From positions 1 through 64,000 of the forward strand of contig CAXGAI010000014.1 in NCBI GenBank assembly GCA_964007735.1: a stretch of DNA of 64,000 nucleotides, written 5' to 3'. Shown here one piece after another: positions 48,132-57,436 of this stretch. The stretch comes from an uncultured Rhodopirellula sp. Lineage in GTDB: Bacteria; Planctomycetota; Planctomycetia; Pirellulales; Pirellulaceae. The first letter of the stretch is position 1, and the number at the start of each line of letters is the position of its first letter. The notes below the pieces were generated by a model. The model saw nothing but the letters and a program-made list of their open reading frames with translations. It was not told the DNA's origin and ran no database searches. The translations under genes were made by a program, and so were the position numbers.

Positions 48132-48494
48132 TTGAAATATGCAATGATCACAGTGTTGGCTGTCATGACAGCACTCGTTGGCTGTAGTTCGGATGATAGC
48201 GGAGAAACTGCCGTGCCGGCTGTTGAAGTCAATCTGGTCAATACACACTGCCCAATCATGGGGCACGAAGTAACCGACGATGGTGGCCGTACGGATTACG
48301 ATGGCGGTACCGTTGGATTCTGCTGTCCGGGATGTGTTGAAAAGTTTAATGAATTGGACGACGTTGCGAAAGTTGATGCATTAGCCACTAAAGGCAAGGG
48401 TATCCTGGAAGACACCCATAGTCATGATCACGATGGTGAAACGCATGATCATGCAGAGGCAGAAGCGACGGACACGGTTACGGAAGAAAAGTAA
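48132..48494 (+). CDS. YHS/TRASH-like metal-binding lipoprotein with a His-rich tail
   Basis: Lipobox LVGC; NTHCPIMG...VGFCCPGC; HSHDHDGETHDH. TTG at 48132 is a plausible start (ORF extends to 48066). Confidence 0.7.
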   Translation: MKYAMITVLAVMTALVGCSSDDSGETAVPAVEVNLVNTHCPIMGHEVTDDGGRTDYDGGTVGFCCPGCVEKFNELDDVAKVDALATKGKGILEDTHSHDHDGETHDHAEAEATDTVTEEK

Positions 48495-48520
48495 CTCTCG
48501 GACCTAAACATAATTAAAAT

Positions 48521-48557
48521 GAAGACAGGCCTTTGTAACAGACAGAGGCCTGTCTTC
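48521..48557. terminator. Hairpin, probable bidirectional intrinsic terminator
   Basis: GAAGACAGGCCT...AGGCCTGTCTTC is a perfect 12-bp inverted repeat that can extend inward. It lies between convergent genes, with AAAAT on the left and GTTT on the right. Confidence 0.7.
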
Positions 48558-48625
48558 GTTTAAGGGGGCGGTTGAGCTTAGTCCTTGTGCTCTATGCTAA
48601 GTGCTGAGAATTCTCGATTGATGGA

Positions 48626-50581
48626 CTAGGAGAGCTCATGATACTCGTCAAACGCAGTTGGGTCTTGCAACGCTTCTCGGTTGGTGGGCTCCAGTCCCAT
48701 CGCGATATCGCGTATGGCCAGTTCGACTTTCTTTCCGCTGCGAGTGTAGGGGATTTTGTCAACTTCAATGATTAATCCAGGAGCGTGTCGTGCCGACGCT
48801 TTTGTTTGTAAGGCGCTTCGAATTCGGGATTGGAGAACGTTGTCGAGGCTGAATCCTGATTTTAGTTTGACATACAAAACAACTCGGATGTCACCTCGCC
48901 AGGGTTGTCCAATCACGAGACTGTCAGCGACTTCGGGCAAGTCTTCCACGATTCGGTAGATCTCAGCAGTACCGATTCGAACACCGCCGGGTTTGAGGAT
49001 GGCATCGCTGCGGCCATAAACGATCACTCCACCGCACACACCCTGACTGCCCGTCATTTCAATCAGGTCGCCATGAGCCCAGCGATCGCTTCGTTCATTG
49101 AAGTACGCCTTGCGATATTTCTCGCCATCGGTATCATTCCAAAACTTGACGGGCATACTTACAAAAGGCGATTTACATACTAATTCACCTTTTTGGCTAC
49201 TGCCGGCTGCCAGTGGGTTGAACTGGCTATCGACAGCCTCTACGTGCATTCCCAATCCGAGACACTGAATTTCGCCCCGGTAAACCGGCAGCAGTGGATT
49301 GCCTAACATGAAACACGAGATGATATCCGTGCCCCCTGAAATGGAACTTAATTGCACGTCGGTCTTCACGGACTGGTAAACCCAGTCGAAATCTTCTGGC
49401 TGTAATGGGGCTCCGGTACTCATGATGACACGTAAGGAGTTCAATTGGTGGGTTTTCAAAGGAGTAAGCCGACGTCGGCAGGCTCCCAGGTACTTGGGGC
49501 TTGTGCCGAAATGAGTGATTCCTCGTTCGTCAATTAAATCCCATAAGCGGGTCATCGTTGGGGCTGCTGGGAATCCGTCAAATAACGTTACTTCGGCTCC
49601 GGTGTATAACGCTGCAATCAGCCAATTCCACATCATCCAGCCACAGGTGGTGATATAGGTGATGTTGTCACCTGACTGAACGTCCGTATGCAACATTAGC
49701 TCTTTGGTTTGTTGGAGAAGGGTTCCGCCGGCACCATGAACAATGCACTTCGGTTTTCCGGTGGTTCCCGAACTGTACATGATGTATAGCGGGTGATTAA
49801 ATGGAAGACGCTCATAGGTTGGTTGGTATTTTTCACCCGCAGCCCAATCATTCCACAAACTCCAGTCGTCGCTAGCCTGGGAACCATTGGGGAGATCGAC
49901 GAGTTCAATGACGACAATGGTGGTTAGGCTCGGGAGTTGAGCTGAAATTTCAGAAATTTTCTCGCGACAGTCGATTACTTTGCCATTATGAACAAATCCA
50001 TTTACACAAAAGAGAAGCTTCGGTTCAATCTGCTCGAAACGCTCAACGACACTTTGTGTGCCGAAGTCCGGTGAACAACTGGACCAGATTGCACCGGAGG
50101 CTGACGTGGCCAATGCCGCAACCACCGTTTCTGGAATATTTGGCATAAAGGCGGCTATCCGGTCTCCTGATCGAATATCATGCTGCCTTAATTGCTGTTG
50201 AATCGTACCCACTTGAGATCTTAATTCATCAAAGGAGATGTTCTGATGGATCCTCGATTCTGAAATCCCTGCTAATGCTGTGGACTTCCCTGTATGACGT
50301 AAGAGGTTTTCGGCAAAGTTAAGACGCAAACCAGGGAAGAAAGTTGTCTCGCGTAGCCCGCTACCCTCGAGGATAGGAGTTGCGTCTCCGTCGAAAATGA
50401 TCTCGCTGTAATGAAGCCAGTCGTGCCAGAAGTCGTCATAATGGTCGACCGACCAGCGGTACAGTGAGTCATAGTCACAAATATCGTGGGTAGAAAATCT
50501 CTCGCCGGCGTGCTTTAAATAGCGCGCCATTTCCGTATTGGACGAGGAAGGTGTCGGGTTCCATAAAAATTCGTTTTGCAT
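48626..50581 (-). CDS. Acetoacetate--CoA ligase
   Basis: LNFAENLL, WSSCSPDFG, YIMYSSGTTGKPKCIVHG, TTCGWMMWNW, SISGGTDI, GRSDA.LKPGGVRIGTAEIY, TRSGKKVE. Confidence 0.95.
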   Translation of the reverse strand: MQNEFLWNPTPSSSNTEMARYLKHAGERFSTHDICDYDSLYRWSVDHYDDFWHDWLHYSEIIFDGDATPILEGSGLRETTFFPGLRLNFAENLLRHTGKSTALAGISESRIHQNISFDELRSQVGTIQQQLRQHDIRSGDRIAAFMPNIPETVVAALATSASGAIWSSCSPDFGTQSVVERFEQIEPKLLFCVNGFVHNGKVIDCREKISEISAQLPSLTTIVVIELVDLPNGSQASDDWSLWNDWAAGEKYQPTYERLPFNHPLYIMYSSGTTGKPKCIVHGAGGTLLQQTKELMLHTDVQSGDNITYITTCGWMMWNWLIAALYTGAEVTLFDGFPAAPTMTRLWDLIDERGITHFGTSPKYLGACRRRLTPLKTHQLNSLRVIMSTGAPLQPEDFDWVYQSVKTDVQLSSISGGTDIISCFMLGNPLLPVYRGEIQCLGLGMHVEAVDSQFNPLAAGSSQKGELVCKSPFVSMPVKFWNDTDGEKYRKAYFNERSDRWAHGDLIEMTGSQGVCGGVIVYGRSDAILKPGGVRIGTAEIYRIVEDLPEVADSLVIGQPWRGDIRVVLYVKLKSGFSLDNVLQSRIRSALQTKASARHAPGLIIEVDKIPYTRSGKKVELAIRDIAMGLEPTNREALQDPTAFDEYHELS

Positions 50582-50587
50582 AGGAAT

Positions 50588-50593
50588 ATTATA
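50588..50593 (-). promoter_or_regulatory. Candidate -10 box (TATAAT) for a leaderless transcript
   Basis: The minus strand reads TATAAT-ATTCCT-ATG (6-nt spacer), with no Shine-Dalgarno sequence. Confidence 0.45.
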
Positions 50594-50681
50594 ATGCTCC
50601 GTCGCCGAATCGTTCAGAGGCTGATTGTTCCTGCCTGAATGGATTGCAATTTGGTAGACTCAGATGTCGAGGAGGATTGGA

Positions 50682-51626
50682 ATGAAATATTTAGTTACCG
50701 GTGGAGCAGGAAATATTGCCTGTCAGTTTAGCCAACGTCTTCCGCGTGATGCGGAAGTGCTTTTAACAGACATCGCGAAGGCCCCGTTTTCTACAATTGG
50801 AGATAATGCAACGTATCAGCGTTTGAATGTAACTCAACGTGCTGAAATAGACGAGATGGTGGGGCGTGAGCGGCCGGACGTTATTCTGCATTTTGCCTCG
50901 TTGCTTTCGGGGCAAAGCGAGGCAGATCGTAATACAGCCTGGGAGGTTAACATGCAAGGTGCCTTCAATACTTTCGAAGCGGCCTTGAAGTTTGGAGTTG
51001 ATCGAGTTGTTTTTTTGAGCTCAATTGCCTCATTCGGAAGCCCGTTACCGGACCCGGTGCCTGAAGATTGTGAGCAATGGCCTCGCGGTTTTTATGGTTT
51101 TACAAAAGCAGCTGTCGAACGCTTGGGATTTTATTACAAAGAAACTCTGGGGCTTGATTTTCGCAGTATACGCCTTCCGATCGTGATTTCTCCGTATCCT
51201 TCGCCCGGAGCCGCGAGTTCGTATGCGTCCAACGTATTTATCGCTGCCGTGCGCGATGGTGGCTATACGCTTCAGGTCCGAGAGTCGGCAAATCCCGCGA
51301 TTATCTATATAGAAGATTGTTTGAAGGCAATTGACTTGCTGACACACGCTTCGGCGGCAGGTTTGAGTCGGGCGTCCTACAATCTATTTAGTTGTGCTCC
51401 CACCGCCCGTGAGATTGTCACTGAGATCCAAAAAAGAGTTCCGGAAGTTGAAATTGACTTCGCGTTGGACGAGCAGGTTGCTGACTTAATTGACTCATGG
51501 CCAAGACAGATAGACGATCAGGCGGCGCGAAGCGATTGGAATTGGTGCCCTGAATTCGGGTTGCCGGAGATAGCGGATGAATTTCTCCTTCGCTTAACGC
51601 AAATGAAGGAAGGGGAAGTTCAATGA
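50682..51626 (+). CDS. NAD-dependent epimerase/dehydratase (extended SDR), L-threonine 3-dehydrogenase-like
   Basis: LVTGGAGNI, HFASLLS, SSIASFG, YGFTK, LDFRSIR, SWP..IDD.AAR.DW.W.P. A GGAGGA Shine-Dalgarno precedes ATG 50682. Confidence 0.85.
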   Translation: MKYLVTGGAGNIACQFSQRLPRDAEVLLTDIAKAPFSTIGDNATYQRLNVTQRAEIDEMVGRERPDVILHFASLLSGQSEADRNTAWEVNMQGAFNTFEAALKFGVDRVVFLSSIASFGSPLPDPVPEDCEQWPRGFYGFTKAAVERLGFYYKETLGLDFRSIRLPIVISPYPSPGAASSYASNVFIAAVRDGGYTLQVRESANPAIIYIEDCLKAIDLLTHASAAGLSRASYNLFSCAPTAREIVTEIQKRVPEVEIDFALDEQVADLIDSWPRQIDDQAARSDWNWCPEFGLPEIADEFLLRLTQMKEGEVQ

Positions 51627-52405
51627 GCGTCTTTGAAAGATTCCGTCTCGACGGCAAGAAACTTATGATTACCGGGGGGAGTCGGGGACTCGGTCGGGAA
51701 ATGGTATTGGCGATTGCTGAAGCCGGGGCCGACGTTATTGTGACTGGTCGTCGGAGTGATAGTCTCGAGGCTATTGCGAAGGAAGTTGGTGCTTATGGAC
51801 GACAGTGTTGGACCTTACAGGCCGATATGAATGATCCCGGTATTTGCGAGTCTACGTGCCTTCAGGTCATTCAAGAGCACACATCGGTTGATGTGTTGAT
51901 CAATAATGTTGGCGGGCGACGCGAAGATATTCCCACAGAAGACATGTCGCTGGAAAAGTGGCGGGAACTGATGGATCTTAATCTGACAAGTACATTTGTG
52001 TGTACTAGTCGTATTGGCAAAGCGATGATTGAGGCCGGTAGAGGTGGTCGTATTATCAATATTGGCTCCATCAACTCTCTGGTAGCCGGCAGAAATATTG
52101 CGGGGCGGCATTATGAAACGGCTAAAGGAGCTATTCTGCAATTTACTCGAAGTGTCGCTGCGGACTGGGCTCAACATGGAATTACGGTAAACGCCATATT
52201 ACCCGGGGGGTTTATGACGGAGGCCAATCAGCGATGGGCGAGAGAGAAGCCGGATGTTATCTCGACGTTTCGAGATCAAATTCCTATGGGTGACCACGGT
52301 AATCCCGAGGATCTGGGGCCTTTGGCTCTCTATCTTGCTAGTGATGCTTCGCGTTATATGACCGGCGCAGGTTTGGTTATCGATGGTGGTTATACTTTAT
52401 GGTAA
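51623..52405 (+). CDS. Classical SDR oxidoreductase (gluconate 5-dehydrogenase/KduD-like)
   Basis: TGGSRGLG, NNVG, YETAK, VNAILPG, DGGYT. Overlaps the upstream gene by 4 bp. Confidence 0.9.
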   Translation: MSVFERFRLDGKKLMITGGSRGLGREMVLAIAEAGADVIVTGRRSDSLEAIAKEVGAYGRQCWTLQADMNDPGICESTCLQVIQEHTSVDVLINNVGGRREDIPTEDMSLEKWRELMDLNLTSTFVCTSRIGKAMIEAGRGGRIINIGSINSLVAGRNIAGRHYETAKGAILQFTRSVAADWAQHGITVNAILPGGFMTEANQRWAREKPDVISTFRDQIPMGDHGNPEDLGPLALYLASDASRYMTGAGLVIDGGYTLW

Positions 52406-52478
52406 TGTCGTCGTTGGCGGTTTTCTTATTTTCCGCTTAGAATAAAATATTACGAAGTTTCAACTGGAACAGAATGTT

Positions 52479-53798
52479 ATGCCTACTAGGCGAATGACAC
52501 GCAGAGACTTTCTTACCGTGGGGGCATTGACCCCGTTGGGCGTCTCATTAAGTGGTTTATTACAACAGGAAACACTGGCTAATACAGGTCGTCGTCCTAA
52601 GAGTTGTATTCTGTTGTGGATGTTCGGTGGTCCAAGTCATATCGATATGTATGATTTGAAGCCTGATGCGCCCGCTGAGATTCGTGGAGAACTTAACCCA
52701 ATTCAAACGAAAATCCCGGGTTTGGAACTCGGAGAATTGATGCCTAATTTGGCGAGTTCCGTAGATAAATTCAGCCTGATTCGGTCTATGTTTTCATATA
52801 CGGCGTCGCATGGGAAAGGTGACCACCACTTGCTAAGTGGCCGTAAATATACGGATGGTTTTTATCCACCAAGTTTTGGGTCGGTTTTAGCTTGGCAAGC
52901 AGAAGCGCGCCGAAGAGCAAGCGTGCCAGCCTATGTTCAGGTTGGCCCTATGAAGAGCACTCTCTTCGGGGAGCAGGCGAAAGCCGGGGCTTTAGGAAGG
53001 AAATACGATCCGTTTCTGGTAGAAAGAGACCCTAATGCCAGTAGCTTTGGTGTCGATGCCTTTGCTGCAAACGACTCGATTGGTGTCGAGCGTTTGGCGG
53101 ATAGACAGAGCTTGTTAAAGGCCGTGGATCAGTTTCAGGCTGACGTGGATCGTCAAATGCGATTTGCCAAAACTCATGATGCCTTTAATGAACAAGCCTT
53201 TGATTTGCTGACATCGAATCGAGCCAAACAGGCATTTGATATTACGCAGGAATCGGAGGCTGTTCGAGACAGGTACGGACGCAATCGTGTTGGGCAGGGT
53301 TTGCTCCTTGCCAGACGTCTCGTCGAATCTGGCGTTCGTTTCGTGACGGTCAAAGGGTATGTGCGTTACGGGTGGGATCATCACCCCGAAGTCTTTCCCC
53401 GACTAAAAATGGAAGTGCCTCCGTATGATCAGGGGTATGCTGCGTTACTTGAAGATTTGGCTGAACGGGGGATGCTGGAAGATACTCTGGTTATTACAGC
53501 CGGAGAATTTGGCCGGACTCCTCGGTTGAATACTGATTCGCGAGGACCTGGCCGAGATCACTGGGCCCAGGCATTCAGCTTGACGATGGGAGGCGGTGGT
53601 GTGAAAACGGGCGTTGTGCTTGGGGCAACGGACAAACATGCTGCGGAAATTACAGAACGACCGGTTTCTGTGGAAGACTATGCTGCCACCGTGTATCACG
53701 CGTTGGGGATGAATCCCCATAAGCTTTATCAGACTCTCGATGGTCGCCCCACCGAGGGACTTCCAGACGGGAATGTGATATCGGAGTTGTTGGCTTAG
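52479..53798 (+). CDS. DUF1501 domain protein (unpartnered subtype)
   Basis: TRRDFL; GGPSHIDMYDLKPDAPAEIRG, WDHH, GEFGRTP, GRDHW. Confidence 0.93.
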   Translation: MPTRRMTRRDFLTVGALTPLGVSLSGLLQQETLANTGRRPKSCILLWMFGGPSHIDMYDLKPDAPAEIRGELNPIQTKIPGLELGELMPNLASSVDKFSLIRSMFSYTASHGKGDHHLLSGRKYTDGFYPPSFGSVLAWQAEARRRASVPAYVQVGPMKSTLFGEQAKAGALGRKYDPFLVERDPNASSFGVDAFAANDSIGVERLADRQSLLKAVDQFQADVDRQMRFAKTHDAFNEQAFDLLTSNRAKQAFDITQESEAVRDRYGRNRVGQGLLLARRLVESGVRFVTVKGYVRYGWDHHPEVFPRLKMEVPPYDQGYAALLEDLAERGMLEDTLVITAGEFGRTPRLNTDSRGPGRDHWAQAFSLTMGGGGVKTGVVLGATDKHAAEITERPVSVEDYAATVYHALGMNPHKLYQTLDGRPTEGLPDGNVISELLA

Positions 53799-53811
53799 AA
53801 ATCGGGCAAGG

Positions 53812-54705
53812 TTATTTGCGTTTTCGAGCCTCTTCTCGAATCTCTTCGATCTTCTTTTGCAGATGTGCGGGCCATACAAATTCGGGCGCCTTGTGGGGTT
53901 TATACGTCTTGAGATGTCCCTGTAAACGCGTCGGTGCCCGAGTGTATACCAACTTCGTGTCGCCAAAGACTTCTCGACAGAGTTTAGCGAGTCCGGGATC
54001 GTATTCAATCAATTCTTCGCGTGTATCTACAAAGTTGTGATCATGATCGGGAGGGCGATTGTTAGAAAACCATGACTGGACTCCTTCAGCCCAGTATTCG
54101 TAGTGGTTAACCGAGGCATACTTTGTCTTCCATAGTCCATTGGCTAAAGCGTCTTCATAAGATTGCTTGAGTCGTTTATCGAAGGTAGCATCCATATGGA
54201 TTAAGCCCCTTAAGTGCATGTTGTGCGCGAATTCATGAATCAGAATACATTCGGCGTGATAGGGGTCGCCTTTGAAGGAAAGAACATTCTCTTCTCCAAC
54301 GGAGCAGACAGGATCTTCTTCGGACCCCCCCAGACCCCGGGCGCGCGCATCCCAGTATAACTTAGGGGTGAAATGGGAGTGTTCCGGCACATCCGTTGTA
54401 TATTCGTTGTGGGCCATGACAACACAGCGAGACTTGTTGGCAATCATGATTTTGCGAAGTTCAGGTCGGTGGGCGAGCATTAGGTCAATGAGGTAGGCCG
54501 CTTCTTTCAAGGCATAATTGTTGACTTTGTTTGAACCTAAAACCGGATAGCCGCTGGCACTTACATGCTTGGCATAGAAAGGCGAAAGATTTAGATAAGC
54601 TGGTGGTTTTGTGATCTGATATTTGTCTGTCTTTTTGACTTCTCCACCAAAGCTCAGATTTGCTAGTAGGAAGAAGGTCAGTATGAGGTGTTTAGTTCGA
54701 TACAT
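53812..54705 (-). CDS. Secreted zinc metallopeptidase-like protein (HExxH, gluzincin-like)
   Basis: Signal peptide; RARGLGG, LIHEFAH, EYWAEGVQSWF. Confidence 0.75.
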   Translation of the reverse strand: MYRTKHLILTFFLLANLSFGGEVKKTDKYQITKPPAYLNLSPFYAKHVSASGYPVLGSNKVNNYALKEAAYLIDLMLAHRPELRKIMIANKSRCVVMAHNEYTTDVPEHSHFTPKLYWDARARGLGGSEEDPVCSVGEENVLSFKGDPYHAECILIHEFAHNMHLRGLIHMDATFDKRLKQSYEDALANGLWKTKYASVNHYEYWAEGVQSWFSNNRPPDHDHNFVDTREELIEYDPGLAKLCREVFGDTKLVYTRAPTRLQGHLKTYKPHKAPEFVWPAHLQKKIEEIREEARKRK

Positions 54706-54737
54706 TGGTATTTGATGAAACAGTGTTTGGGAAGGTC

Positions 54738-56393
54738 TTATTTGGAAAGACGGCGAATTTGAAGGTCATTGAGAACGTCCGTATAGATTCTCAAATCCCT
54801 AATCTTGCCATTAAAGTAATCATGTTGTCCATAGCCGACATAGAGTGGCGTGCCGGTGCTCAAATCCCCAATTTCGTCGTTGAGCGAATTATGGTTGCTA
54901 GTGGCTATATGCTTTCCGTCAACGTATAACTTGATACCACCGCTTTGGGCACGAGTGACCGTCAGGTTATGCCAGCCAGCAGAAAGGGCTTTGTCGTAGG
55001 TGACGTTTTGCCCAACGCTAAGGCTGTGGACGTGGCCAGAAGGCAGGACGCCACAAAACAGCTTCCCGTCGTAAACCGCCATTGACCAGGCACGTCGATA
55101 CTTAACATCGGGTGTTTTGTCGAGTTGGCCGGTATTGGTCCACTGGGAGTTCCCGTCGTAACGGTAGACATTAGCTAGAGGAAGCGTCCCGGCGTAAAAA
55201 CTTCCGTTATATACGGAAAGCCCCATAACCTCCTTTTCTTCTCCAAGGCGGCCTCGATGGATCCATTGCTGAGGCCCGGCCAGTTCATAAACCGAGCCGG
55301 TCGGCCAGGTCGCAACCTGTGTTTTTCCCTGATACACGATCATGGCATATGCCTGGGTAGTTTCCGGGATTGGCCCGAGTTGCTTCCAGTTGGTACCGCC
55401 GAGATACTCAAAGAAGCCCCCGTCGTCGTAACTTAGTCCATAAAGTTTATTATTGTGAACTCCCAGATGCACAATTCGCTGGCCCGGACAGCCGCAATCA
55501 GTCCATCGCCCGGGGCCATCGAATCGATACATACCGCGATGTCGGGGCGTGTCTCGCCAGGCACCGGTAGAGCCCGTACCGGCATAGAGCTTTCCGTTAT
55601 AGACTGCCAGACCGCTTACACTGCGAACATCGGCTACTTTACCCATGCTGGTCCATTTTTTACCACCTTCATACCGATAGACGACACCACCATGGTTTTG
55701 ATTTGGTGAGAGTGGAAGCGATGAACCGCCTCCACTGTAAAGTTCAGAACCAGCATACAACTGGCCTGCATAGACAGCGAGTGTCGAAATACAGTTGGAC
55801 GGATCCGGAGAGCCCGCATCCAACCACTTCTGTCCTCCGGCATATCGATAGACGTGCCCTCGTCCTCCTTCTTCAGGCTCCCAGGTGGATGCGTAGAGAG
55901 CGCCGTCGAATACCGTCAGAGACCGGACGTACATGTTATTGCCAGGTCGACCGCAGTCCTCCCATTGAGAAGTTTGGTGGCAGTCCGTAATTCCAAAATG
56001 GATGTTACGCCAGTTAGACTGGGCATTCGTTATGCCGGCGTAATTCATGATTGAAAAGTTTAGCCCCTGACGTGTTCTCGGAGAGAAACATGAGAGGATA
56101 TCGCCAATCACGTCGGTTAATTCGTCAGCCGTGTGAATATCGACATTAATGCTGAAGTTACCTTGAAACAAAGCCGAGGGGTTAGCGATGGTAACTTTGC
56201 TATTATTACCATTAAAAACCGCCCCGTTAGTGCCAGTAAACTCAATATTTTCAATGCGTCCGTGCCGGTCATTCCCCGAGATGTCCCGGGCGTCCGCTGT
56301 GAGGGGCCAATGGCCAGCCGGGGTGAGTTGAGCGTGGCAGTCTACAAGGGCGCCAAATAGCAGTAGCGTGGTGATTAGTAAGGTGTATCGCAT
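54738..56393 (-). CDS. Secreted LamG-like jelly-roll protein with an inserted beta-propeller
   Basis: ATG at 56393 gives the signal peptide MRYTLLITTLLL. LamG N-half: HWPL..DARDISGN..G..FNG. LamG C-half: WHNLTVT..LYVDG..FNGKIRDLRIY. About seven W..G..L.VY.G.LY repeats lie between them. Confidence 0.8.
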   Translation of the reverse strand: MRYTLLITTLLLFGALVDCHAQLTPAGHWPLTADARDISGNDRHGRIENIEFTGTNGAVFNGNNSKVTIANPSALFQGNFSINVDIHTADELTDVIGDILSCFSPRTRQGLNFSIMNYAGITNAQSNWRNIHFGITDCHQTSQWEDCGRPGNNMYVRSLTVFDGALYASTWEPEEGGRGHVYRYAGGQKWLDAGSPDPSNCISTLAVYAGQLYAGSELYSGGGSSLPLSPNQNHGGVVYRYEGGKKWTSMGKVADVRSVSGLAVYNGKLYAGTGSTGAWRDTPRHRGMYRFDGPGRWTDCGCPGQRIVHLGVHNNKLYGLSYDDGGFFEYLGGTNWKQLGPIPETTQAYAMIVYQGKTQVATWPTGSVYELAGPQQWIHRGRLGEEKEVMGLSVYNGSFYAGTLPLANVYRYDGNSQWTNTGQLDKTPDVKYRRAWSMAVYDGKLFCGVLPSGHVHSLSVGQNVTYDKALSAGWHNLTVTRAQSGGIKLYVDGKHIATSNHNSLNDEIGDLSTGTPLYVGYGQHDYFNGKIRDLRIYTDVLNDLQIRRLSK

Positions 56394-56418
56394 TGTAAAA
56401 ACTTTGATTGAATTTGGA

Positions 56419-57339
56419 TTAATTGCGGCCGATATTAGAACCACGTTTGCCGCCGGCGGGTGGACGCGCATCGGAGGTTCCATGGGGTGATGCCGTTGCA
56501 AGGTGGGGGGCGTGTTTTTCAAGCCACGCTTTGAGCGGGGTATCTTCCGGCCTCGGGTCATATACACTGTTTGCCGAGGTGGCGTCACCGAGAATTTGTC
56601 GTTGCACAGGAGAGAGTTGGTTGTAAAGGTGTGCAACGGTCATCTCATCTTTTGGACGCATCCAGCGATAACTATAGCCATACCAGATGACTTTGCGGGA
56701 GGAGCCGGCACGGTTTGGGCTGCGAGTATGCCAAACGCGTCGGTCAAGTATTACGGCATCACCGGGATGGAGACAGAGTGGGATTGCCCCGTCAGGATTT
56801 GAGACACCGTCGTCCGGACATTCCAGGCTGTTGATGCGATGTGAGCCTGGAACCACGAGTGTGTTGCCATGCTCTGGTGCACTGACATCGGTCAGGTAAT
56901 AGCCAATTTTGACAGATAGTCGTGGCCGGGGGTTGGACTCGATTTCGTCGTTAACACGCATGCTATCCTGATGCCACGCAACGTTCCAAGGTTGATCTTC
57001 CGTATTCTCACTGGGGGTAATATCCAAATGCGAGTGGTAGAGATAGATGTTCCAGCCGAGTATGCTCAGGAGTTTAGGGAAGACGCGTGGATTGTCAATT
57101 AACTCTACCATCGCTTCGTCTTCTTGGATGACGTCGGTGACTGAAAGAAGGCGGTTACCATGTTCTGGTCTCCGTTCACGTGAATCGACCCGATCAACCA
57201 CTTCGATTAGACGGCGGTGTAAGTTTGACTCAATGGCGTTCTTTACGACTAAGTAACCCGCTTGCTCGAATGCTTCACGTTCGGCGGATGTCAAAAGGTG
57301 GCTCAGCGCGGATGCGTCCATGGTCTTTTCTCTGCTCAA
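56419..57339 (-). CDS. Phytanoyl-CoA dioxygenase (PhyH) family Fe(II)/2-oxoglutarate dioxygenase
   Basis: F...GYLVV, WHQD, VVPGSH, PGDAV..D.R.WH, distal R. Confidence 0.9.
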   Translation of the reverse strand: MSREKTMDASALSHLLTSAEREAFEQAGYLVVKNAIESNLHRRLIEVVDRVDSRERRPEHGNRLLSVTDVIQEDEAMVELIDNPRVFPKLLSILGWNIYLYHSHLDITPSENTEDQPWNVAWHQDSMRVNDEIESNPRPRLSVKIGYYLTDVSAPEHGNTLVVPGSHRINSLECPDDGVSNPDGAIPLCLHPGDAVILDRRVWHTRSPNRAGSSRKVIWYGYSYRWMRPKDEMTVAHLYNQLSPVQRQILGDATSANSVYDPRPEDTPLKAWLEKHAPHLATASPHGTSDARPPAGGKRGSNIGRN

Positions 57340-57436
57340 TGCGGAATGTAAGAACTCATGATATCAAATCAGTCCGCCGGCAATGGTACAATGTTCGTGG
57401 TGCCCCAACGTTTATCCGCTTATGAGGAATTTCAAG

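Noticed and set aside
56394..56636. 81-aa N-terminal extension of the LamG ORF overlapping the PhyH gene
   Set aside because: ATG 56393 gives a clean signal peptide with no overlap, so the extension is an artefact of taking the longest ORF.
56419..57339. Ectoine hydroxylase (ectD)
   Set aside because: It has WHQDSMRVN rather than the EctD WHSDFETWH signature, and no ect genes are nearby.
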